Assembly: GCA_035640975.1 (NCBI GenBank)
Contig: DASQVB010000492.1
Location: 1-44,262, forward strand
Source of the DNA: Pseudonocardiaceae bacterium
GTDB taxonomy: Bacteria; Actinomycetota; Actinomycetes; Mycobacteriales; Pseudonocardiaceae
Length of the DNA stretch: 44,262 nucleotides
Reading direction: 5' to 3'
A program made the translations under genes and the position numbers. Positions 36,731 through 44,262 of the stretch are shown here, piece after piece (position 1 is the stretch's first letter; each line of letters begins with the position of its first letter). The notes beneath the pieces are model-generated. The model saw only the letters and a list, made by a program, of their open reading frames with translations. It did not search any database and was not told where the DNA came from.

Positions 36731-38035
36731 CTACTTCAACCCCGGAATAGGCGGTCGGCTGGAGACGCGGTCCTTGCCGCCGACGAGCTCACCGAGAGCC
36801 TTGGGCTTGCGCTTCGGTATCCACGACGACGGAAGCCTGATACCACGCGCCTTCAAACGGCGCTGGTTGGTGGGGGAGACATGGCCGAGAATGGCAAGAT
36901 CCATCGCGGCGTTCGCGATATCAGCGTCCTTGTAGCGTTTGCGGATGTTCGCCCGGATCTCCGATTCGGTGGCCTTACGCGTCTTCCCCGTCGGCTTACC
37001 GGTCTTCGGGTCCTCGATTGGGACGGGAGCGTTGCGCAACGTGCGAGCGTCGGCCGCCGCTGTGTTGATGTTGTTGCGGATCTTCGCGACCTCGCGCTGC
37101 TTCACCTTGTCGCGCTTCGCACCTCCCGTGGCTCGCAACCGTACTTCGGCCTGCTGCTCGCGGACACGGTTGGCACGCGCCTGCTCGGCGGCACGCTGAG
37201 CGGCGATGCCACGCGACTGGTCGGTGTTGCGGTTCGATGTCACTCGTGCGCGACGCGTCTCCCGGATGCGCGCCGCGCCCAGCGCCGCGTCCTGCTCGGC
37301 CTTCTTGACGTCCAAGCCGAAAGCGGCCTCCTCCAGGCGCTGGGTGTGCGCGGTGTCCAGCAGCTTCTGCTTGGCCGCCACCGCGTACGCACCCGCCTCG
37401 CGCCCCAAATCGAGCTGCTGGCGCTCGATGTCACGACCGCGCTGCGCCTCAGCCTGGAGTGCGTTGAGCTTCTGGCCGGCGCCCACTACCTGCTGACCCG
37501 CCCGGTAACCAACCTGACCGGCACCCAGTTGCGCAGTCAAACCGGTGGCGGCGTCCGCCGTGGCACGCCGAGCCATTGAGGCCTGCTGGCCCTCGGCCGC
37601 GATGCGCGGGTCAACCGTGGCTCCGCGGGCGGCGGCATCAGTCGCCATCTGACCACCGAGAGCGGCACGCTGCTGGGCATCGAGGGCGGATGTCGAGCTG
37701 GTGGCGTTCTGCTGGATCTGGGCGGCGCCCCCATACGCGGCACCGGTCGCGGCGGTCGCACGTGCCAGGGCCGCCTGGTACTCAGCGAACATCGGCGAGG
37801 TGTTGGCCATCATATGCTGGTGCACGCGGCGCTGCCCAGCCAGCGCCTGATCGGCGCCGCCGTACTGCATCGCGGTCGCGACCAGCACCTGAGCGTCCAG
37901 CGGATCGACAACCGGGGGCTTCGTGGTCGGGGCGCGCTTCGGCTTGGCTTTCACCTTGACCGCGGGGCGCCTGGCGACCGTCTGCCGGGGGGTCGGCTTC
38001 AGCTTGCGACCGCCAGTGGAATCGAACGTGGCCAT
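36731..38035 (-). CDS. internal virion protein-like (434 aa, Ala/Gln/Arg-rich coiled coil)
   Basis: Composition and position only. Confidence 0.45.
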   Translation of the reverse strand: MATFDSTGGRKLKPTPRQTVARRPAVKVKAKPKRAPTTKPPVVDPLDAQVLVATAMQYGGADQALAGQRRVHQHMMANTSPMFAEYQAALARATAATGAAYGGAAQIQQNATSSTSALDAQQRAALGGQMATDAAARGATVDPRIAAEGQQASMARRATADAATGLTAQLGAGQVGYRAGQQVVGAGQKLNALQAEAQRGRDIERQQLDLGREAGAYAVAAKQKLLDTAHTQRLEEAAFGLDVKKAEQDAALGAARIRETRRARVTSNRNTDQSRGIAAQRAAEQARANRVREQQAEVRLRATGGAKRDKVKQREVAKIRNNINTAAADARTLRNAPVPIEDPKTGKPTGKTRKATESEIRANIRKRYKDADIANAAMDLAILGHVSPTNQRRLKARGIRLPSSWIPKRKPKALGELVGGKDRVSSRPPIPGLK

Positions 38036-38718
38036 CAGGGCCTCCTGCCCTTCACCGGCTTACGCTTCTTGACCGGTGCCGGCGGTGTCACGGGACGCGG
38101 GGCCGGGACGGCCGGGACGCTCGCCGGATCGGGCCGCTGGGCGAGCGCGCGCATCACGCGCTCGGCGTTCGCGGCAGTCATCGCGTCGGCGTGCGCGTTG
38201 CCGGCCGCAAGCTCCTGCTGCTTGAGCTGCGCCTGGGCGGCCATGAACTCGCGGATCATGGCGTCACGACCGCGAAGGTTCTGCTCGGCGTTCGCGTTCT
38301 GAGCGTTCTGCAACGAGCCCGCGTACAACTGGCCGCGCGCCGCCATCGTCGTCTGCGTGCCGCGAACCGCTCGATCATGCATCTTCTGAAGCGTCGCCGC
38401 CCGCGAATACGGGTTGGTCACGTCGTCGAAGACGTTGCCCGACGGATCGACCCCCAGCCCGTACGTCTGACCGAGCTGGCCACGCTGGTACTGGACCTGA
38501 GCCAGAGTGGATGACAGGTTGCGGTTCGCGATCCCCGCCGCCGCCTCGTGGAAGGGATCGATCGGGAGGCCCGGCCGCGGGGCCTGTGCCTGGGACGCAC
38601 CCGCGACCGGACCACGACTGAAAGATCCCGTGCCAGTCCCGCGCTCGCTCCACGGGACCCCGAACGCGGGACGGACAGGCTTCGCGGCATACCCTCGGCC
38701 GGACTTGAAGACGGCCAT
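38035..38718 (-). CDS. internal virion protein-like (227 aa)
   Basis: Trimmed to ATG 38718 (TGATG overlap). Confidence 0.45.
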   Translation of the reverse strand: MAVFKSGRGYAAKPVRPAFGVPWSERGTGTGSFSRGPVAGASQAQAPRPGLPIDPFHEAAAGIANRNLSSTLAQVQYQRGQLGQTYGLGVDPSGNVFDDVTNPYSRAATLQKMHDRAVRGTQTTMAARGQLYAGSLQNAQNANAEQNLRGRDAMIREFMAAQAQLKQQELAAGNAHADAMTAANAERVMRALAQRPDPASVPAVPAPRPVTPPAPVKKRKPVKGRRP

Positions 38719-39050
38719 CAAGCGCCGTCCCCGGCCGAGTTGGCGCCACGCACGTAACGCAACAGGTTCAACATGATGCGCCACTGCGCCCGGTGGGCAG
38801 TGTCGCGCTGGGCGGCAGTCATCGCTGACCACGCCGGACCGTTGACTTGTGTCTGCGCGAAGTTGATCGCCTGCTCAAGCTTGTCCTCCAGTAGCGGCCG
38901 GTTGGCGCCGATGCTGCCCGGCTTCCAGTCCACGCCCGAGTTGAAGTATCCGAGATCGTCGGTCTCCACCCAGTGCGTGCGGTCGTCCTCGTCCTGGGTG
39001 ATCGTGCGGACCACTTCGCCGACAGGGGTGCGGGTGATCGTGTCCGTCAT
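38718..39050 (-). CDS. hypothetical structural-module protein (110 aa)
   Basis: Track ORF with an ATGA overlap upstream. Confidence 0.5.
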   Translation of the reverse strand: MTDTITRTPVGEVVRTITQDEDDRTHWVETDDLGYFNSGVDWKPGSIGANRPLLEDKLEQAINFAQTQVNGPAWSAMTAAQRDTAHRAQWRIMLNLLRYVRGANSAGDGA

Positions 39051-40030
39051 CCCAGCCTCAACGGGGTGAGCTTCATCCAGCGCTTTTCGAAGAACGCGGT
39101 GCCGCCGATGCCCGCCCGGTACCGCGAGGCGAGCGTCACGGCGGTGAGGGTCTTCGTCATCGAGCGCGACAGGTTGCCCGACACGGTGTGCGCCGAGCCG
39201 TTGTAGGAATCTAGGTTGTCGGCGTCCACTGCTCCCGTGCCGCCGATGGCGTAGCTCATCAGGGCCTGGGTGCCCACCGACGAGTTGTGCATCCGGGCGC
39301 CGATCGCCACCTCGTAGATGCCGGCCACGGGAACCGCGATGTCAGGGCCGCTCGTGAGCGTGTACGACGTGGAGGCCGTGGACGTGGACGCCGCCACCTC
39401 GATCAGGATGGGCATCGCCCCGAACGGAATCCACTTCGATCCGTCGAACATCAGAAGCCATGACACCGGGACCGTCAGGGCCGCCATTGCCGCCGTGCGA
39501 AACCAGATGTAGTCCCCGGTCGACGGTGAGCCCGGCAGGGTGGTCACCGCGGACGTCGGCATGGTTCCCGGCCCCGTGCCGCTCACGGCCGTGTCGACGT
39601 AGCCCTTCGTGGCCAGATGCGTCGCGTCGGTCGGGGTGACGCCCACCAGGACCGCGGTCGCTGACGCCATCTGATCCAGTCGCGACGTGCGCACCTGCGT
39701 GTCGAAGTCCGCGACCGTGGCTGCTGTCTGCGTGCCCGTGTGGTTCGCCCGCGCCAGAGGGTTGGTGGTCAGCTTCGCGTTGTCGATCGACCCGGCCAGA
39801 TGTGCGTTCGTGACCCCGAGCGCCTTGACCCGCAGCGTGTCGCTGGCGATCTCGATCGAGGAGTTGTCGACGTTCACCGACAGGTTGTCGCCCGTCAGGT
39901 CAAGGCCCGCGCCGGCCGTGACCCCCGGACCCGAATCGGCCACCGGATGCGGCCAGGCCATCTTGATCTCATCGAAGTTCGCTTGGCTGCGCGGATCCTC
40001 CACCGGCTGGAGGGAGGGACCGGCGCTCAC
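39047..40030 (-). CDS. tail fibre / receptor-binding protein (327 aa)
   Basis: Trimmed to GTG 40030 (GTGA overlap). VTPTDATHLATKGYVD fibre motif. The C-terminal beta domain is related to those of 40027..40710 and 4769..5455. Confidence 0.6.
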   Translation of the reverse strand: MSAGPSLQPVEDPRSQANFDEIKMAWPHPVADSGPGVTAGAGLDLTGDNLSVNVDNSSIEIASDTLRVKALGVTNAHLAGSIDNAKLTTNPLARANHTGTQTAATVADFDTQVRTSRLDQMASATAVLVGVTPTDATHLATKGYVDTAVSGTGPGTMPTSAVTTLPGSPSTGDYIWFRTAAMAALTVPVSWLLMFDGSKWIPFGAMPILIEVAASTSTASTSYTLTSGPDIAVPVAGIYEVAIGARMHNSSVGTQALMSYAIGGTGAVDADNLDSYNGSAHTVSGNLSRSMTKTLTAVTLASRYRAGIGGTAFFEKRWMKLTPLRLG

Positions 40031-40710
40031 GTCGGTCCCTTCGCGACAACCCACAGGTGGCGTTCCTTCACGGTCACGGTGCCGGAGGAGGTCTTGAACT
40101 GCACACTGATCGTGTACGTGCCGGCCGCAGCGAAGACAATGCACTCGCCGTACACGGGGTTGGTGCCGCCATGGCCCAGGATCTGGCCGGTCGTCACGTC
40201 GCCCGTGTAGACGGTGGCAGTGTCGCCGCTGCTCGACAATCCCGGACCACCCGACGCCAGGGGCTTGTAGATGTTCGCCGAGCCGCCGCCGCCGTTCTCG
40301 GCCTCCTGCACCGCGGGTGCGGCGGCCGACGAGCTGGCGACCTTCAACTGGGTGGGACCGATGAAGATCGCCGCTTTGCCCGCGAGCACGACGGACTCCT
40401 TCCACATCGCCTGATAGCCGATGTACAGCCGCCCGTTGGTGGGCAGCACCACGTTGCTGACCCGATCGGGCGTGGCCAGCAGCGTGTAGCTCGTGCTCGA
40501 CGTGGACTCCTCCGTGGCGACAACGGACGCGCCGCGACGGACCGTCCCCGTGGCATTCAGTCCGAGCGCCTGGCCAGCCGCCATCGTCAGGTTGTCGCCG
40601 TCAAGGCCGCCGTTGATGCCGTCGCGCAGATCCTCGAAGTTCTGCTGGACATGGGCGACGTTCTCCGGCGTCCCCGCCGTGAGCGTATGCGAGAGGACAA
40701 CATCGGTCAT
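40027..40710 (-). CDS. tail fibre / receptor-binding-like protein (227 aa)
   Basis: NVAHVQQNFEDLRDGINGGLDGDNL N-terminus. C-terminal domain carries STSYTLLATP...GRLYIGYQA. Confidence 0.5.
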   Translation of the reverse strand: MTDVVLSHTLTAGTPENVAHVQQNFEDLRDGINGGLDGDNLTMAAGQALGLNATGTVRRGASVVATEESTSSTSYTLLATPDRVSNVVLPTNGRLYIGYQAMWKESVVLAGKAAIFIGPTQLKVASSSAAAPAVQEAENGGGGSANIYKPLASGGPGLSSSGDTATVYTGDVTTGQILGHGGTNPVYGECIVFAAAGTYTISVQFKTSSGTVTVKERHLWVVAKGPT

Positions 40711-42704
40711 GGGTCCGTCCTTCCGCTACCAACTACTTCGGGGCCTCGTGAGAACTCTGCGAATCCGTGCTCCAGTCTATGGATCGCCCACGACAGGTCG
40801 CGTTGCGAGTTGCGAACCATGACGCCCAGAACATGGCCGGGGCAAGACATCGACATCACCCAGCCACGCGTCGTCCCCGTCGGACCCCACTGATCGGAGC
40901 TCGTGCCGTCGCCCCACGCATCCGTGGCGGTGCCGTCGCCCCATGTGTCCCCGGATGATGACAACGTGATCGCCTCCCAGCGCACCGGGTTGATCTCGAA
41001 GTTGCGCGACAGGCCGAACTGTGCTGAGCCCGAGCCCCACAGCTTCGTCTGGCGAATGCGCTTTTCATCCTCCGAGCCGTAGCTGACCCAACCCTGGCGC
41101 CAATGCGACGAGATCGCCGCGCCAGCCGACGTGAACGTGGCCGTGGCATCGTCCAGGTCAAACGTGGTGGCGGCGCCCGCGGCGTTCGTCGCCACCACGA
41201 AAAACACATGGTCTGTGAGCAGCGGCACAACCATTGGCGTGGCCGTGATCAGGGTCTCCACACCCGTGGGGATGAACGTCGGGCTATCGACCTTCTCGAT
41301 AATCGCGTCCGAGGCATCCCAGCAACTGATGACCAGGCGCATCGCGCGTGGTGCCGCCACGGACGTGACCTTGACCGAGAACGAGGCCGTGGTGCCGATC
41401 AGGTCGGCGCCGATCGCCACCTCCTGAAACAGGCCCTCGTCGTTGTTGGTTCCCGGCGCGACCTCGCGGCCCCTGCCGGACACCACGCTCGCCGAACCCG
41501 TGACATGGTTTTGCTGCCACGCGGTGAGCGCCGCGAAGTCTGCGTTCAAAAGCTGGTTGTCGGTCGTGAACGCGTCATCGACCGTGGCCCCCGACCCTTC
41601 GGCGTAGCGGCCCACATGCTTGCCGCCGGACGCGAACGCGAAAACCAGCTCTTCGCGCGACCCCGGCCGAAACGAGGTCATCGCGGCCACGGGGATGTCA
41701 TACAGCGTCCACCAGCCGTCGCGAGGCGAGAACACCGCCAGCCGGTCATTCGTCGCGTTCGTGGCATACGCCAGGTACAGCCGCGACTGCGACCACCACA
41801 ACCGGGCCGACGACAGGACCGACGGCTCAAGCTCGCCCCCGGTGAAGAACAGGCTCGAACCGCCCAGAAACAGCGGATCGATCATGCTGGACACCAGGTC
41901 CGGGCGCCCGCCCGTGGTGCGATACACGCCCGAGTCGGCCAGGAAGTACACGCCTTCCGGTGCGGCGCACGCGGCCCCCACGCAGCCGACGCCCTCCACG
42001 TGACGGAAGTTGAAGACCGGCTCCCCATCCGCGTCCGTGGACGTGCCGTAATAGTAGGAGAACTCGTTGCGCTTGAAGACGAAGCTGTAGTCGTTCCAGT
42101 CGACCTCGGCAGTGATCGGGTCGCCGTTGCCGGGGTGGAGGTCCACGTAGTTGTTGGCCCCGAACGTGGTGGGCAGGCCCGGATCGCTGAATACCACGCG
42201 GTCGGGGTTTGCCGCCGTGCGCGCCACGATCAGCCGATTGTCCTGGGCGGTCACGCCCAGAAACCTTCCGGTCGGCGCGGTGCCCGTGTACGAGGGTGCC
42301 GAGAACGCCGCGCCATCCCAGCGGCGCACCTCGTCGGTGCCGTTGGCGATCAGGGTGTGCTCGGAACCGGGGGCCGCGAAACGCGCGAAGTAATGCGGTC
42401 CCGCCGTGGTCGCCACGTTCGCGATCGACGCTCCGGACGTGTTCAGCACATCCAGCCGGTTGCCGTTGCCGACAATCAGCTGGCGGGTCCCGTCCGACTC
42501 GTAATGCGGACTCAGGGAGTCGGGCTGGTTGGTCAGAGCATCCGACGTAAAGCGCGTAAAGCCGTCGCGCTGACGCATCCCACCCGCCGGAAGGAACGTC
42601 ACGTTCATGACATCAATCGCCTGGTCGGGCGAAGCCACATCGGACCCGTCGCGCAGATTTAGGCCACCGCTGAAACGTGTCTGCGCAGCCGTGCGATACG
42701 CCAT
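40707..42704 (-). CDS. large tail (nozzle / tail-tubular-B-like) protein (665 aa, putative)
   Basis: Trimmed to ATG 42704 (SD GGAGGA). Beta-rich, with a CBM-like insert and DTWGDGTATDAWGDGTSSDQWG repeats. The call rests on size and position after the capsid. Confidence 0.45.
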   Translation of the reverse strand: MAYRTAAQTRFSGGLNLRDGSDVASPDQAIDVMNVTFLPAGGMRQRDGFTRFTSDALTNQPDSLSPHYESDGTRQLIVGNGNRLDVLNTSGASIANVATTAGPHYFARFAAPGSEHTLIANGTDEVRRWDGAAFSAPSYTGTAPTGRFLGVTAQDNRLIVARTAANPDRVVFSDPGLPTTFGANNYVDLHPGNGDPITAEVDWNDYSFVFKRNEFSYYYGTSTDADGEPVFNFRHVEGVGCVGAACAAPEGVYFLADSGVYRTTGGRPDLVSSMIDPLFLGGSSLFFTGGELEPSVLSSARLWWSQSRLYLAYATNATNDRLAVFSPRDGWWTLYDIPVAAMTSFRPGSREELVFAFASGGKHVGRYAEGSGATVDDAFTTDNQLLNADFAALTAWQQNHVTGSASVVSGRGREVAPGTNNDEGLFQEVAIGADLIGTTASFSVKVTSVAAPRAMRLVISCWDASDAIIEKVDSPTFIPTGVETLITATPMVVPLLTDHVFFVVATNAAGAATTFDLDDATATFTSAGAAISSHWRQGWVSYGSEDEKRIRQTKLWGSGSAQFGLSRNFEINPVRWEAITLSSSGDTWGDGTATDAWGDGTSSDQWGPTGTTRGWVMSMSCPGHVLGVMVRNSQRDLSWAIHRLEHGFAEFSRGPEVVGSGRTDP

Positions 42705-42705
42705 C

Positions 42706-43323
42706 TCAGTCGTCCTCCGAGACGCCTGGCACAAGCTCGATGTGCGTCGGCGCTACCAAAAGCTGGCGACGCATCAACGCCAGGCCGCGCTGATACATGC
42801 GCTCGGCCAGGTCCACGGCCGCAGGATTGTCGCGATCGGACGCGGCCCGCATCACGGCACCGTCCACGATCACGTTTGCGTAACGCTCCGGCACCACCGT
42901 CTCATCCGACCCGGCCACCAGCTCGACGGGCACGCTCCAGTAGCGCACGCTGAGCGTGGCCCCGGAAGCCGGCCACACATGCACGATCAGCGAATCGCGG
43001 TAGAACCACAATGCATTGGAGCCCGTGGCCGACAGATCGAAGGCGGTCAGCTCGGCCTCGGTCATCTCGTACAGGCGCGTGGCGTTGTTGTCGCTATCGA
43101 TCACCGTCAGGATCGCGTCCACGTCACCGATCGTCAGGGGCGCCGCGCCGCTCGTGGTGGTCAGACGAAACGGCCAGCGCTCCTCCAGGCACAACTCCAG
43201 GTAGGCCTGGTTGAGCCAGCGTGTCGCCCGGTCCCGGCTCGCGGCGGTCTGGGCGAGATGGTCAAAGCCACGGTCATAGAGCTCCTGGCGCAGCACGTCC
43301 AGGGTGGCCCCAGCCTCAGGCAC
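42706..43323 (-). CDS. head-to-tail adaptor / tail-tubular-A-like protein (putative)
   Basis: Trimmed to GTG 43323 (TAGTG overlap); 205 aa. Position only. Confidence 0.35.
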   Translation of the reverse strand: MPEAGATLDVLRQELYDRGFDHLAQTAASRDRATRWLNQAYLELCLEERWPFRLTTTSGAAPLTIGDVDAILTVIDSDNNATRLYEMTEAELTAFDLSATGSNALWFYRDSLIVHVWPASGATLSVRYWSVPVELVAGSDETVVPERYANVIVDGAVMRAASDRDNPAAVDLAERMYQRGLALMRRQLLVAPTHIELVPGVSEDD

Positions 43324-43874
43324 TAGCGGCCCTTGCCCCTCGTGGGTCTCGAACGGCCCGCCGAGTTCTGCGCCCACGCCACGTCCGGCGACGTGAGCAC
43401 TTGCGTACGCGAGTAGGCGGCCCAGCGCTCGTCGCCCTCGTCGGCCAGGTCCTCGCGGTTGTTCTCCTTCGCCCGCTCAGCTCGCTTGGCGGCGAGCTCA
43501 TCGGCGGCCACGCGGTCGCGCACCACGCGATCATTTTGTAGGTCGCACGCCCGCAGGCCCTCCAGCATCTGCGAGGTCGGCTCCGCGAACGATCCGTCCG
43601 GCCACGTCAGGGGCAGCACCCAGATCGGGCCTTCCCGGTTGAGACGCAGCAGATGGTAGAAGTCCGGCGTCACCCCGGGTGCCGCCGCGTGCTCCTTGGC
43701 CCGCCGCAGCCGAAGCAGCGGATCGATCTTCTGGAGCTCGGGATCCCAGTGGCGCGTGACGGTGTTCTCGTACATCATCGAGAGCACCAGCACCCGATGT
43801 GCCACGGTGTTTTCCGCGTGCTCCCGCGACACCTTCGGCGGACGGTACGCACGCGGAAGCCAAAGGCTGGTCAT
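43323..43874 (-). CDS. hypothetical structural-module protein (183 aa)
   Basis: Track ORF with a TAATG overlap upstream. Confidence 0.5.
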   Translation of the reverse strand: MTSLWLPRAYRPPKVSREHAENTVAHRVLVLSMMYENTVTRHWDPELQKIDPLLRLRRAKEHAAAPGVTPDFYHLLRLNREGPIWVLPLTWPDGSFAEPTSQMLEGLRACDLQNDRVVRDRVAADELAAKRAERAKENNREDLADEGDERWAAYSRTQVLTSPDVAWAQNSAGRSRPTRGKGR

Positions 43875-44212
43875 TACTGGCCCACGGCCGTGACGCGGCC
43901 CGAGTAGGTCGACAGGTCCGTGGTGTTCGTGACCTCGGGCTGGACCGATGCGGTGCCCGCGTTGCCCCAGAAGGCGATCAGCTTCTGGTTGGTGTAGTCG
44001 TAGGAGACCTCGATCGCGGACGTGTTCGCCGCTGCGCGAAACGAACCGTGCGGACGGACTTCATCCAGGACCTTCAGGCCGAAGTCGGCGGGTGTCAGGG
44101 CCTCGCCGCCCGTGGGGTAGGACGAGTCGAAGGTGATCGTGCGCATCACCACGTCGCGGTTGCCGGAGATGTACGACTTCCTGCCGGTGATGGGCAGAAC
44201 GCTCAGGGCCAT
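43874..44212 (-). CDS. hypothetical virion protein (112 aa)
   Basis: SD AAGGAGAAG upstream of ATG 44212. First gene after the capsid across the junction. Confidence 0.55.
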   Translation of the reverse strand: MALSVLPITGRKSYISGNRDVVMRTITFDSSYPTGGEALTPADFGLKVLDEVRPHGSFRAAANTSAIEVSYDYTNQKLIAFWGNAGTASVQPEVTNTTDLSTYSGRVTAVGQ

Positions 44213-44248
44213 GTGCTTCTCCTTGCGAGATGTGTGGAGCGGATGCTA

Positions 44249-44262
44249 CGGCGCGGCCCGGC
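44249..44262 (-). terminator. right arm of the junction hairpin; candidate post-capsid terminator/attenuator once circularised
   Basis: Exact reverse complement of 7..20. Lies between the capsid stop (27) and the next gene start (44212) on the transcribed (minus) strand. No U-tract follows. Confidence 0.4.

Overview
GC-rich 44.3-kb window (roughly two-thirds G+C by eye, not computed) that reads as a complete, circularly permuted tailed-phage genome. The host looks actinobacterial: leaderless -10+ATG promoters, an Rpf-like domain, an mIHF-like protein and an FtsK/TraB-like translocase. I count about 83 protein genes in four transcription blocks. Block 1 is a roughly 33-kb leftward block running 11196->27 and, across the window junction, 44212->22314. 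It carries a membrane FtsK-like translocase, HNH, large terminase, six accessory genes, portal, scaffold and capsid. It continues with a podovirus-like adaptor/nozzle, two fibre proteins, three internal/ejection-like proteins (largest 1155 aa), a virion lysin and a holin-endolysin cassette. It ends with a Cro-like-led recombination module (Rad52-like annealase, Cas4/RecB-like nuclease, mIHF-like, RusA). Block 2 runs rightward 12040->13899, block 3 leftward 18383->14363, and block 4 rightward 19002->22297 as single-gene cassettes. I found no tRNA, rRNA, CRISPR array, integrase, DNA polymerase, primase or helicase. The ORF track uses the longest ATG/GTG/TTG start and a 60-aa cutoff, so many starts were trimmed to coupled starts (ATGA/GTGA/TAATG overlaps) and several ORFs under 60 aa were added by hand translation. 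The observations most worth following up are: (a) membrane-anchored FtsK-like translocase plus a TM-tailed HNH directly upstream of terminase; (b) a 467-bp two-ORF insertion bounded by a perfect 16-bp direct repeat at a convergent gene junction; (c) reiterated promoter/terminator cassettes with leaderless genes and two leaderless mini-ORFs coupled to downstream genes; (d) an 840-bp ORF-poor, hairpin- and iteron-rich region; (e) a secreted Rpf-like protein, a VirB2/TrbC-like 2-TM protein, a membrane-anchored collagen-like protein, a GW-rich peptide and a hyper-acidic protein. All functional calls rest on motifs read by eye; no database search was possible.
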